A DNA stretch of 64,000 bases from Antedon mediterranea (GCF_964355755.1 NC_092671.1:9672001-9736000), one strand, 5' to 3'. Positions 1 to 10,155 are shown, numbered from the stretch's first letter. Program-made: numbers and translations. The notes: a model not told the origin generated them from the letters alone.

Positions 1-3000
1 CCAGTAATAGTAGATGCGACCGTGTTTTATTCGGGAATGGACTGGTTTCCAATAATATCTCGTACCAAAACGTTGTTTATAGTACAAAAGACGACCAAAT
101 CTCAGATAAAATTGTTTATGATGCGGTCTTCTTGAACGTCTTCTTGGCATAAGTCGATATCGACCATAATGCCAGTAATACACACGATGATAACGCCTGT
201 AAGTCCTCAAGAAGTACCAAGTATGATGCCAGTAATAGTAGATGCGACCACGTCTTATTCGGGAATAGACCGGTCTCCAGTAATACCTATTACCAGAGCG
301 TACTCTAAAGTAGAGACGGCCATATCTAAAATAGAATTGTTTAACTGGTGGCCTTCTTGTTGGACGTACGACATGATATCGATGTTTAGACCAGTAGAAG
401 TAACGTCCGTTAACATAATAATAGTAAGCAGGCTGCCATGTCCGTCCTAGTTTAAACAGAATACGTCCATGACGTCTTATATACCGGATAGGACGTCTGG
501 CCTTCTGACCATTACGCCAGTAAATATAATAAAGTCGGCCACGGCTCCAATACAATCTACAAGCACTTCTGATCAAACTTAAGCTTGGTCTTCTGGGTTG
601 TATATAGTAATCGTTGTTATGCCAGATGTAATACTGACCATGTTTATAATAGAAATACACTTTATGTCGTATAAAAACACCCCTTCTTCGCCAGTAGTAA
701 TACAGTTGACCATTTATTTGACGGTATCTTACTCTGCGCCATGTGAAACGGTTTCCACGACGTAGGCGATAATATAAGACTCCATTTCTCCAGAATATAT
801 GCGTGTTTCTGCGTAAATAATCCGGTGTGTATCTTACATTATAATGATTGTTTATCCAGTAATAATAACCTCTGTGCTTTGTGTACGACTTCACGTTATG
901 CCACGCGTAGTTCCAGTAGTACATTAGTTGACCATTGTATCTTCGATAACGAACATTACGCCAATAGTATCTATACCCACTGTAAACGCGGTAATATAGA
1001 CGCCGATGTTTCCACATAATATTCGTCGAATAGTTGTGATATATATAATGCACGATATACCGATGGTGATAGTGATGAATTTGGTGATAGTGGCGGATGT
1101 GTCTATAGTGTATAACGTTGATGCGATGCGTGATTGTTTTGTACAAATGTCTGTGGTGATAATGGTATATGTGGTGGTGATGGTGGACGTATCGACGATG
1201 GTATACGTGTCTATGGTGCGTCACAGTGATGCGATGATAAATAACACGAGTGTGGTATCGGTGATGTACATGGTAGTAATGATGGTGATGATGTATCACA
1301 TGGTAGTGGTGGACGTGCCGGTGGTGCGTAATAGTCACCTTATGGTACACATGTTTGTGAATGTACCGATTATGTAAATGGTAGTAGTGATGGTAATGGT
1401 GAATCTTATGGTAATGGTGTATGTGGCGATGGTGTGTTATGAGTATATGGTGATTAATTATACGTGCGTGGTATCTGTGATGTACGTGGTAGTAATGGTG
1501 ATAATGGTGTACCCGGTGATGGTGATGTACATGACGGACATGTCGGATATGAATATGATGTACTATGGTTCGGATGTGGTATATTTTGTGCAAATGATGA
1601 ACATGATGATAATGATGGATATGATGGTGATGATGTATATGCCGATGGTGAGTAACTTGAATGTGATGATAGACGGTCCGAAAATGATACCTGTGGTGAA
1701 CGTGGTATACATGGTGATAGTGGTGAATGTGATGATAATGTTGGATATGTCTGTGATGGGTTATGAGAACATGGTGTAAAACGGTTCGCATGTGATACCT
1801 GTGGTGCGTATGGTAAATATGATGGTAGTGATGGATGATATGTCGGTGGTGTATATGCCTGTGATGTGTAATCTGAATGTGATGGTACACTGTACGCACA
1901 TGATACCGATGGTGTTTGTGGTAATAGTGATGGAAGTGATGAATGTGATGGTGGTGGTGCACGTGCCTGTGATGGGTAATTAGAACATGGTGGTAGACGG
2001 TCCTTACGTGATACCGGTGATGTTTATGATAATGGTGATGGTAATGGTGTATTATATGACGATGGTGTATATGTCTATGGTGTGTAATACATATATGGTG
2101 ATATACGATACGCTTGTTGTACCGATGGTGAACATGGTAATAGTGATGGTAATGATGTACATAGTGTTTGTGATGAATGTTTTTGTGGTGAGTGATATGA
2201 ATATGGTGATAAATAATACGATGTTGTATTCTATGATGAACGTGATAATGGTGATGTATATGATGGATGTAATGTGTGTGATAATGGTGGCGATGGTGTG
2301 TGATTAGTATGTGGTGGACGACGTACCGGTGATGGTACCTATGGTGTACGTGGTAATAGTGATGGTAGTGGTGGATGACGTGTCTGTGGTGCAAGTGCTT
2401 GTGATGTATCACGTTTATATGATGGTATATGTGTCGATGGATGTATTTGTGATGAACGTGGTAATGGTGATGGTAGTGGTGAATTGCATGGTAGTGGTGT
2501 ACATGGCGATGGTGTGTAATGGTGATATGGTGGTAGATTACGCGATGGTGATATCTATGGTGTACATGGTATATGTGATAGTAATGATGTATATGGTGGT
2601 AATGGTGGATATGCATTCGGTGTATCACATTAATATGATGCACGATGGATCGGTGGTAATATCTATGATGTATATGGTAATAGTGATGGTAATGATGTAC
2701 GTAGTGTCTATGGAACAGATTTCGGTTGTGCACAATCGTTATGTGGTGAACAATATTTCTATGGTGAAATCGGTGGTGTACATGGTAAATGTGATGGTGA
2801 TGGTGTATATAATGGCGATGGTACCTATGTATGTGATGAATAGTCTTTATATGTGTTATGATGTATTTTGTAATATACCGGTGGTATCTGTGGTATGTAT
2901 GTATATAATGGTGTATATAATATCGATGGTAAACATCCCGTATGTGGTTAACTGTAACATGAACATATACCACTCGGGTACGATAGTTATGGTGCACGTG

Positions 3001-6000
3001 ATAATAGTGATGGTAATGATGAATGTGATGCCGGTGGTACACGTGGCGATGGTGTGCAATTGTTATGTTATGGTATATTGTTCTGTGATGGTATTTGTGG
3101 TGAATATGGTAGTAATGATGGTAGTGATGGATGTGGTGTCGATGGTATAAGTTACGGTGATGTACAATCTGTATGTGATGGTATATGGCACGGTGGTAGA
3201 ACCGGTGATGTACGTGGTAATAATGATGGTAGTGGTGGATAATGTGACGGTGGTGTATGTGCTTGTGGTGGGCCACATGGATATGGTGATAAATGTTTCG
3301 GTGTACATACCGATGATGTATATGGTAGTAATGATGATAATGATGGATATAGTGACGGTGGTGTAGATGGCGATGGTGAATTATGTTGATATGGTGGTAG
3401 ATATGGCGATTATGGTATCTATGGTGAATATGGTAGTAGTGGTGATAATGGTGGACGTAGTGATGGTGGTGGACATGGCGATGATGAGTTATCTGAATAT
3501 GATGCCTAATATGCCTATGATGGTATCTGTGGTGGATGTGATAATAATGGTGATAGTGGTGATGGTAGTGTCTATGGTGAATGTGGTGACGATGAAGCAC
3601 GTTGATATGGTGCATTACAACGCGCTCGTGATACCGATGATGAACATGGTAATAATGGTGATAGTGGTGTATGTAATGGTTGTGATGAACGTGGCGATGG
3701 TGTACGGTTGTAATGTGATGGTACACCATTCGGTGATGGTACCTATGGTGAACGTGGTAATAATGATGGTGGTGATGTATAAAGTGATGATGATGCACAT
3801 GGCGGTGGTGAAACACGCGTATGTGATGGTAGAATATGCGATGGTGGTAACGGTGATGGATATGGTAATAGTGATGATAATGGTGAATTTGGTGACGATG
3901 GTGAATGTGTCGAATATGGGTAACATGAAGGTGATGATAAACCCTGCGGTGATGGTACCTATGGTGAATGTGATAGTAATGATGATGGTGATGTATATAA
4001 TGGTGGTGATGAATATGCCGGTGATGTGTGATCAATCGATGATGATATATGGTTACGTGACGGTATCGATGGTGCATGTGATAATAATGATGATAGTGAT
4101 GATGGTAATGACGGTGGAGTATGTGATGATGGTGAATGATGCTAATGTGATGACGTATAATATGGAGGTGATATCTATGATGAACGTGATGAACATGGTG
4201 ATAATGATGAATCACATGTCTATGATAAACGTGTTTATGATGTTTTACGGTCACATGATGAACGATTGTATGAAGGTGATATCGATGATGAATATGATGT
4301 ATATGATGGTAGTGATGAATGTTCTGGTAATGGTGTCGGTGTTGGTAGTGAACAACATGGATATGGTGAATAACGTTTCGGTGAACAAATCTGTGATGGA
4401 CGTGCAGATAGTGGTGATGGTGATGAATAATATGTCTATGGTAGACATGTCGATGATGATTCACGTAAACATGTCGTACATTGTGGTGATAGTAATAATG
4501 GCCATTTCTGTAGTAATACATATGGCCATGTGAAAAGTAATGTCTAACAAGATACCATCTAGTATGCCGCCCGTACTGCCATTGGCAATAGAAACGATCA
4601 TTTACTCGTTTGTATCGAACCTGTTGCCAATAAATAATGCGTCCACGGTGTAGTCTGAAGTAGAGTTTTCCACTGCGCCAGCGGAAGTACAAATGTACTC
4701 TGTGTTTCGGACGTAGCCAATAATGGCCACGCCACCAATAATGGTACTGTCCGTGAATGACATACGATGGAACAAAAGTCCAGATATAATAACGACCATG
4801 AGTATGGCGTTTGTAATAAATCCTACCACGCACAGTTCTGTGTGGGACACGCATCCAGTAGATGTGGTTACGTCTGTAGGTTCTGATGTACAGGATCCTA
4901 TTTCTCCATCGGAATTGTTTTGGCTTATGACGAGGATGATGGGTAATATGTCTTCGGAGTCTATAATGACCACGCCACCAGTAATAATAGTGTCTGTGGA
5001 TGACATACGACGGAACAAAAGTCCAGATGTAATGATGTCCGTGAGTATGACGTTTGTAATAAATCCTACCACGCACAGTTCTGTGTGGGACACGCATCCA
5101 GTAGATGTGGTTACGTCTGTAGATTCTGACGTACAAGATCCTATTTCTCCATCTGAATTGTCTTGGCTTATGACGAGGATGATGGGTAATATGTCTTCGG
5201 AGTCTATAATGACCACGCCACCAGTAGTAATAGTGCCTATGGAGGACATACGATGGAACAAAAGTCCAGATGTAATGGCGGCCACGAGTATGGCGTTTGT
5301 AATAAATCCTACCACGCACTGTTCTGTGTGGGACACGCATCCAGTAGATGTGGTTACGTCTGTAGATTCTGATGTACAAGATCCTATTTCTCAATCTGAA
5401 TTGTTTTGGCTTATGACGAGGATGATGGGTAATATGTCTTCGGAGTCTATAATGACCACGCCACCAGTAATAATAGTGCCTATGGATGACATACGATGGA
5501 ACAAAAGTCCAGATGTAATGACTACCGTGAGTATGGCGTTTGTAATAAATCCTACCACGCACTGTTCTGTGTGGGACACGCATCCAGTAGATGTGGTTAC
5601 GTCTGTAGATTCTGATGTACAAGATCCTATTTCTCCATCTGAAATGTTTTGGCTTATGACGAGGATGATGGGTAATATGTCTTCGGAGTCTATAATGACC
5701 ACGCCACCAGTAATAATAGTGTCTATGAATGACATACGATGGAACAAAAGTCCAGATGTAATGATGGCCGTGAGTATGGCGTTTGTAATAAATCCTACCG
5801 CGCACAGTTCTGTGTGGGACACGCATCCAGTAAATGTGGTTACGTCTGTAGATTCTGATGTACAAGATCCTATTTCTCCATCTGAAATGTTTTGGCTTAT
5901 GACGAGGATGATGGGTAATATGTCTTCGGAGTCTATAATGACCACGCCACCAGTAATAATAGTGCCTATGGATGACATACGATGGAACAAAGGTCCAGAT

Positions 6001-8265
6001 GTAATGACGGCCTCGAGTATGACGTTTGTAATAAATCCTACCACGCACAGTTCTGTGTGGGACACGCATCCAGTAGATGTGGTTACGTCTGTAGATTCTG
6101 ATGTACAAGATCCTATTTCTCCATCTGAATTGTCTTGGTTTATGACGAGGATGATGGGTAATATGTCTTCGGAGTCTATAATGACCACGCCACCAGTAAT
6201 AATAGTGCCTATGGATGACATACGACGGAACAAAAATCCAGATGTAATGATGGCCGTGAGTATGACGTTTGTAATAAATCCTACCACGCACAGTTCTGTG
6301 TGGAACACGCATCCAGTAGATGTGGTTACGTCTGTAGATTCTGATGTACAAGATCCCATTTCTCCATCTGAAATGTTTTGGCTTATGACGAGGATGGTGT
6401 GTGATGCGAAGTTTGTGCCTGTGTTTCAGTTGATGCCTTTTCTTGTGTCGGTGCGGTATGTTTAACCGAAGTTTATGATGCTTAATGGTGGTCTTGTGGT
6501 AGTGTCCATGGTTCCATGAGAAAACGTGACCATCTTCTCCTTCGTAATTCTTCACCGGTGTCCATTCTAACTCGCCATCATCACCCATGTGATAGTACAT
6601 CAACTTCCCATGTTTCCAGTGATGTGGTATGGGCCGCCAGTAATTCATATACAATTTCCCATGACGCATTACCATACGTCTATGACTCGCTATAACTCTA
6701 CCTCCACGGTAGCCCAGTGTGAAATACTTGGCAAACCACGTCTTTACAACACGTGACTTGTAATGGCCATGATACAGATGGAAGAAATGCTTACCAGTTG
6801 TATAACTATGAGCCACACGCCATTTTATCTTTCCTTTACCTTTGTGGAAACTATAGTACAAATGACCATGTTTCCAATTAAATTTAATCTTGTGTATGAC
6901 AACTTTTCCACCTTTCTTTGTAACGTAGTATAAGCGAGCAGGTTGATAGTAAAGATGCAGATGATGTTTTTTGACGCGGTACATTTTCCAGAGGTAGTGG
7001 TCTTTACGCCAGTAGTAATAACGACCCATTTTGACAAAGTATAATAAAATGTGCCATCTGCCTCGCCAGTAAAAGTACCACAACTGTCCTTTCTTGCGTA
7101 CACGAAGTCGCTTCCATCGAGTGTGACGTCCTTTAATTCTATACCAGAAGTAACCTTTGCGCCAGAAAATGAACACGACACGAAAAACAAATCGACCTTT
7201 TAGTCCCTTGCCGTTGTACACAGATGCGTGGTAACGATTCCTCATCCAATGGTAATATTTTCCATGTCGAACATAATTGATTATGAATTTCCATCTACCT
7301 TTGATATAAAGAAACAGACGATGGTTCCGCCAACGGAATTTTACGCGCCGAAAAATGTAATGATGTTTGCGTACGAATCGATAATAACATACACTTTTTT
7401 CCCAAAAGGTCGAAACGGGTCTATATCTATGATGTTGAACGTATCTATTTTTACTCCAATAGTAATTACGACCATGTATTTTGTAATAACGTAGAAAGTA
7501 CCATCTACCTCTTCGTCCACTATGCCAATAATAGTAAATCCTCTTCCCGCGCCTTCGGAAACGCATCATTTTATTGTGTATCCGTCCGTTGCGTTTATAT
7601 CGGCAATATAGTCTACGATTTCGGAAATAAAAAATCACATGGAACGTCACATGATGATGTCGTTTTTGATATCGGTATTTGTTGTGGTACCATGAATAAT
7701 ATTTTCCGTTACGCTTGAATGAATGTACCACTCTCCAATAGTGCTTTCGACCAGTGTGCCAATGATAGTACAGCCTTTTTCTACGCCACTTGAATCGAAT
7801 CCGTTTCGTATAACTCTTTTTATCACATCTGTAATGAACATACAGACGGTGTCTTCTCCAGCTAAACCATACACGGTGGTAAACTATACGATGTCGCTTC
7901 TTTTTTCGTTTCTCGTAACCATATTTATTGTGATGCCAAATCACGACTTTTCCCTTATAGTGGAAATTTCTCACAAAATACCATGCGTGGTGACGGCCGC
8001 GTCTCCTGTAGCGGTACAGTCGACCGTGTCGCCATCGACTTCTTACAACACGAACTCGTCTGTTATGTCGTGGATGTAAGTACAGCCGTCCATGTTTCCA
8101 GGTATACGGTGTGTAAACACTAAACTCGGTGCTACGTAGGCTTATTTGTTCGGATTCTATCGGATATTGGATGCCTACTGTTGCTTCACCGCTGGCAATT
8201 CCACTCTTAAGGAATAATGCCGTTAAACATAACAACCCTAATGCCGGCTTCAGACCTATCGCCAT
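1..8265 (-). CDS. Giant secreted His/Arg/Tyr/Trp-rich tandem-repeat protein, at least 2755 aa, 3'-partial (runs off the window)
   Basis: ATG at 8265 lies one base after a polypyrimidine-AG acceptor (ttttctttctag|aATG). It reads MAIGLKPALGLLCLTALFLKSGIA-SGEATVGIQYP (signal-peptide-like), then WKHGRLYLHPRHNRRVRVVRSRWRHGRLYRYRRRGRHHAWYFVRNFHYKGK. The same frame was hand-translated without stops at ~7921-8265, 6421-6660, 4921-5170, 4501-4620, 3361-3480, 1801-1920 and 1-60 (RYYWKPVHSRIKHGRIYYYW). The ORF track lists no minus ORF in this frame, as expected if no stop occurs before the window edge. Confidence 0.9.
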   Translation of the reverse strand, partial: MAIGLKPALGLLCLTALFLKSGIASGEATVGIQYPIESEQISLRSTEFSVYTPYTWKHGRLYLHPRHNRRVRVVRSRWRHGRLYRYRRRGRHHAWYFVRNFHYKGKVVIWHHNKYGYEKRKKKRHRIVYHRVWFSWRRHRLYVHYRCDKKSYTKRIRFKWRRKRLYYHWHTGRKHYWRVVHSFKRNGKYYSWYHNKYRYQKRHHHVTFHVIFYFRNRRLYCRYKRNGRIHNKMMRFRRRGKRIYYYWHSGRRGRWYFLRYYKIHGRNYYWSKNRYVQHHRYRPVSTFWEKSVCYYRFVRKHHYIFRRVKFRWRNHRLFLYIKGRWKFIINYVRHGKYYHWMRNRYHASVYNGKGLKGRFVFRVVFIFWRKGYFWYRIKGRHTRWKRLRVRKKGQLWYFYWRGRWHILLYFVKMGRYYYWRKDHYLWKMYRVKKHHLHLYYQPARLYYVTKKGGKVVIHKIKFNWKHGHLYYSFHKGKGKIKWRVAHSYTTGKHFFHLYHGHYKSRVVKTWFAKYFTLGYRGGRVIASHRRMVMRHGKLYMNYWRPIPHHWKHGKLMYYHMGDDGELEWTPVKNYEGEDGHVFSWNHGHYHKTTIKHHKLRLNIPHRHKKRHQLKHRHKLRITHHPRHKPKHFRWRNGILYIRIYRRNHIYWMRVPHRTVRGRIYYKRHTHGHHYIWIFVPSYVIHRHYYYWWRGHYRLRRHITHHPRHKPRQFRWRNRILYIRIYRRNHIYWMRVPHRTVRGRIYYKRHTRGRHYIWTFVPSYVIHRHYYYWWRGHYRLRRHITHHPRHKPKHFRWRNRILYIRIYRRNHIYWMRVPHRTVRGRIYYKRHTHGHHYIWTFVPSYVIHRHYYYWWRGHYRLRRHITHHPRHKPKHFRWRNRILYIRIYRRNHIYWMRVPHRTVRGRIYYKRHTHGSHYIWTFVPSYVIHRHYYYWWRGHYRLRRHITHHPRHKPKQFRLRNRILYIRIYRRNHIYWMRVPHRTVRGRIYYKRHTRGRHYIWTFVPSYVLHRHYYYWWRGHYRLRRHITHHPRHKPRQFRWRNRILYVRIYRRNHIYWMRVPHRTVRGRIYYKRHTHGHHYIWTFVPSYVIHRHYYYWWRGHYRLRRHITHHPRHKPKQFRWRNRILYIRTYRRNHIYWMRVPHRTVRGRIYYKRHTHGRYYIWTFVPSYVIHGQYHYWWRGHYWLRPKHRVHLYFRWRSGKLYFRLHRGRIIYWQQVRYKRVNDRFYCQWQYGRHTRWYLVRHYFSHGHMYYYRNGHYYYHHNVRHVYVNHHRHVYHRHIIHHHHHYLHVHHRFVHRNVIHHIHVVHYQHRHHYQNIHHYHHIHHIHHRYHLHTIVHHVTVKHHKHVYHRHVIHHYHHVHHVHHRYHLHIIRHHISIIHHHHILHRHYHHHYHHYYHMHHRYRHVTIYHHRLITHHRHIHHHHYIHHHHHYYHIHHRYHHRRVYHHLHVTHIRHIHHRHQIHHYHHYYHIHHRYHHRIFYHHIRVFHHRHVHHHHFIHHHHHYYHVHHRYHHRMVYHHITTVHHRHVHHNHYIHHYHHYYHVHHRYHERVVMHHINVLHRHHIHHRHYHHHYHHYYHIHHRYHHRHIRHHIQITHHRHVHHHHYVHHYHHYYHIHHRYHNRHIYHHINIIHHRHLHHRHYIHHYHHYYHIHHRYVHRNIYHHIHVAHHKHIHHRHIIHHYHHYYHVHHRFYHRAIYHHIQIVHHRNLYHRHHIHHYHHYYHIHHKYHHRTIYHNITIAHHRHVYHRHHIHHYHHYYHVHHNYRTRVVYVHVTVNHIRDVYHRYYIHHYIHTYHRYHRYITKYIITHIKTIHHIHRYHRHYIHHHHHIYHVHHRFHHRNIVHHITIVHNRNLFHRHYVHHYHHYYHIHHRYYHRSIVHHINVIHRMHIHHYHHIHHYYHIYHVHHRYHHRVIYHHITITHHRHVHHYHAIHHYHHHYHVHHKYIHRHIYHHINVIHHKHLHHRHVIHHYHHYYHVHHRYHHRYVVHHILITHHRHHYHTHYIHHIHHHYHVHHRIQHRIIYHHIHITHHKNIHHKHYVHHYHHYYHVHHRYNKRIVYHHICITHHRHIHHRHIIHHYHHHYHKHHRYHVRTVYHHVLITHHRHVHHHHHIHHFHHYYHKHHRYHVRTVYHHIQITHHRHIHHRHIIHHYHHIYHTHHRYHMRTVLHHVLITHHRHIQHYHHIHHYHHVYHVHHRYHFRTVYHHIQVTHHRHIHHHHHIHHYHHVHHLHKIYHIRTIVHHIHIRHVRHVHHHHRVHHYHHYYHVHHRYHARIINHHILITHHRHIHHYHKIHHYHHYYHLHNRYIHKHVYHKVTITHHRHVHHYHVIHHHHHYYHVHHRYHTRVIYHRITVTHHRHVYHRRYVHHHHHIYHYHHRHLYKTITHRINVIHYRHIRHYHQIHHYHHRYIVHYIYHNYSTNIMWKHRRLYYRVYSGYRYYWRNVRYRRYNGQLMYYWNYAWHNVKSYTKHRGYYYWINNHYNVRYTPDYLRRNTHIFWRNGVLYYRLRRGNRFTWRRVRYRQINGQLYYYWRRRGVFIRHKVYFYYKHGQYYIWHNNDYYIQPRRPSLSLIRSACRLYWSRGRLYYIYWRNGQKARRPIRYIRRHGRILFKLGRTWQPAYYYYVNGRYFYWSKHRYHVVRPTRRPPVKQFYFRYGRLYFRVRSGNRYYWRPVYSRIRRGRIYYYWHHTWYFLRTYRRYHRVYYWHYGRYRLMPRRRSRRPHHKQFYLRFGRLLYYKQRFGTRYYWKPVHSRIKHGRIYYYW
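1030..4500 (-). repeat. Coding tandem repeat: ~32 x 108 bp (36-aa His-rich unit)
   Basis: An anchor motif (gatacc/gatatc-like followed by gtg/atg) recurs every 108 nt, e.g. at 1686, 1794, 1902, 2010 ... 3414, 3522, 3630, 3738 ... 4170, 4278. Example unit: RYHVRTVYHHIQITHHRHIHHRHIIHHYHHIYHTHH (17 of 36 residues are His). Confidence 0.9.
4723..6400 (-). repeat. Coding tandem repeat: ~7 x 243 bp (81-aa Arg/Tyr/His/Trp unit)
   Basis: Near-identical units start at 4723, 4966, 5209, 5452, 5695, 5938 and 6181. Unit: WWRGHYRLRRHITHHPRHKPRQFRWRNRILYVRIYRRNHIYWMRVPHRTVRGRIYYKRHTHGHHYIWTFVPSYVIHRHYYY. Confidence 0.95.
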
Positions 8266-8723
8266 TCTAGAAAGAAAAAAGACACGATATATAATAGGCC
8301 TGTATAATCAATATGACGCAATGCTTCTCCGAGACACTGAATGCATTGAGAAAGCATGGATTCGAGACCTGTGCCTGTGCCATCATGTTTGTGTCATGTC
8401 ATGCAGGATCCTCCTTACTCTAATAGACTATAGTACTTCGGATGGGACGTCACCCCGGTGGTCGCGTGTACATCATGGTATACTGATCAGTGCCGTGGCA
8501 CTAAGGCTACGCCTTCCACATATACTGTAGTTTTTCCTCGCCATGGAACTCGTGGGCTTTTGAACTATTGTTTACGACCGTTTTTTTTTCTATGGACCTT
8601 ATTTGGCGTACCTTATTTTCTCCCATATTATTATTATAACGTACACCAAGGTTCCGTGTTTCTATGTCACGAAACACTAATGGGTAATTACTATGAAATT
8701 GTACATAATAAATGGGTACTTAC

Positions 8724-8880
8724 TTTAGTGGTATGGCCAGACCAGCATTATTTTCCGTTTGTGGAAGTGAGGTACTGTACTCCCGTTGTAGTAACTCGTT
8801 TAAATGTTCTTGATCTACTACGACAATTAACCTGGTATCATTTAGGCCGCATACATATCATATATATTTGTTTATAATAC
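8724..8880 (-). promoter_or_regulatory. Putative non-coding first exon and TATA-like element of the His-rich gene
   Basis: A canonical GTAAGT donor lies on the minus strand at 8723-8718, upstream of the acceptor at 8268-8267. A minus-strand TATAAA lies at ~8870-8876. There is no transcript evidence. Confidence 0.4.
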
Positions 8881-9973
8881 ACGACCACTTTAGGTCAACT
8901 TTTAAAATTTATAAGTACTGTTATTAATTGGTTATATAAATTAATACTAAAACGATTGAGAATATAGAAATATGTAACTAAAAAGTTAGTGTATAAGCAT
9001 ATATGTTTTGACTCTTAGTTTTATTTAACCATTGAGTAAAGCATGATAATATAATTTGTTGTTGATTTTTACAGTTATTGATTAAGTTTTAAAATGTTAA
9101 GTAGGCCTATGTACAGTATTTTCATCTTATATGTAGATTTTTCAAAACAGGGACCATATTATGTTCTATCATACATTTTTTCACCCTGCATAAATATGCT
9201 TTAAATAAAATATTTGGAATTGCACCATTAGTGAATAATTATTGTTCTAATCTATTTCTGAATTTAAATACAAATGGGTTCATGATAAAGAAATTCGCAT
9301 CTGCTAAAAATAAGCACGGAGCCCTAAAGACATGAGAAGGCTAAAAATAGATTGTAACTTCAATATTTTATCATTATTAAAATCGTACTATAACGAACGG
9401 TTCTGAAAACGTTGTGCCCTATGTGCGTTTAAACATCGTGATCGATTGAAATTACGTGTATATTGTATTCTAAAAACAATGTTGGAAATTAAATAAATTA
9501 AGTTAAATATTATAAGTTGAGCAGCGACCTAAGAACTTAGTTATAGTACGTTAATTCATTAAACGTCACCGTATGATTTCTAATAATTTGATTCCTCGGC
9601 TCAGTTTTAGCGAATTCTGAGCCCAGGTGCCGACCAACGACATACAACGTACGGCGGTCCTCGCAAATTGAAGGCTCCCGGTCACACGATAATTCCGGTT
9701 TAATATAACTAGTGATTAATAATTAGTATTTTGAGAAATAACACTTACAGTGCTTGACCTATTGCAGAAAAAATTGATACGTTTAGCCCACCAAAATCGA
9801 AGTAATTTATATATGTACGGGTTAATAATTTAGCGATGTACTGACTAGCGGCTTACATATGTCTATTATTTATATTCCATACATTATTATGTATACGATA
9901 TTTTTGTATCGTAGCCAGGCATAGGGCCTATTTTACTCGAGCTCCTGTTAGTTCTGTATACAAAATATATAAA

Positions 9974-10155
9974 ACGATATTCGCATTACAGGACAGATCA
10001 TGTCGGACGGAAGTGTTCTTACTTGTAAATTTGATAAACATGACTCCTTTAAGGTCCTAGTTTATTATTAATATCAAGTATGGTAATATCATTTGCAATG
10101 TTTTTTACATGTTAAATATATTAATCATATTCTATGTTAATATAAATGTTCGTTG
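9974..10155. repeat. Dispersed duplicated segment (second copy ~12132-12305)
   Basis: Both loci share acgatattc.cattacag.acagatcatgtcgga ... ataaacatgactcctttaag ... tattaatcata ... gt.acgcaa.ggtgaca. Confidence 0.75.

Noticed and set aside
4723-6400. Regular repeat array as a possible CRISPR array or satellite DNA
   Set aside because: There are no unique spacers, the unit length is a multiple of 3 inside an open frame, and the context is eukaryotic.
169-8079. Many plus-strand Met/Val-rich ORFs (e.g. 3367-4533, 4723-6465) and Thr/Ile-rich minus ORFs in another frame
   Set aside because: They are shadows of the His-rich gene: CAT/CAC (His) read antisense as ATG/GTG. They are broken by stops, whereas the His frame is continuous and starts with a signal peptide.
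8129-8877. Plus-strand ORFs of 133 and 139 aa
   Set aside because: No recognisable motifs. They overlap the start, first intron and putative 5' UTR of the minus-strand gene.
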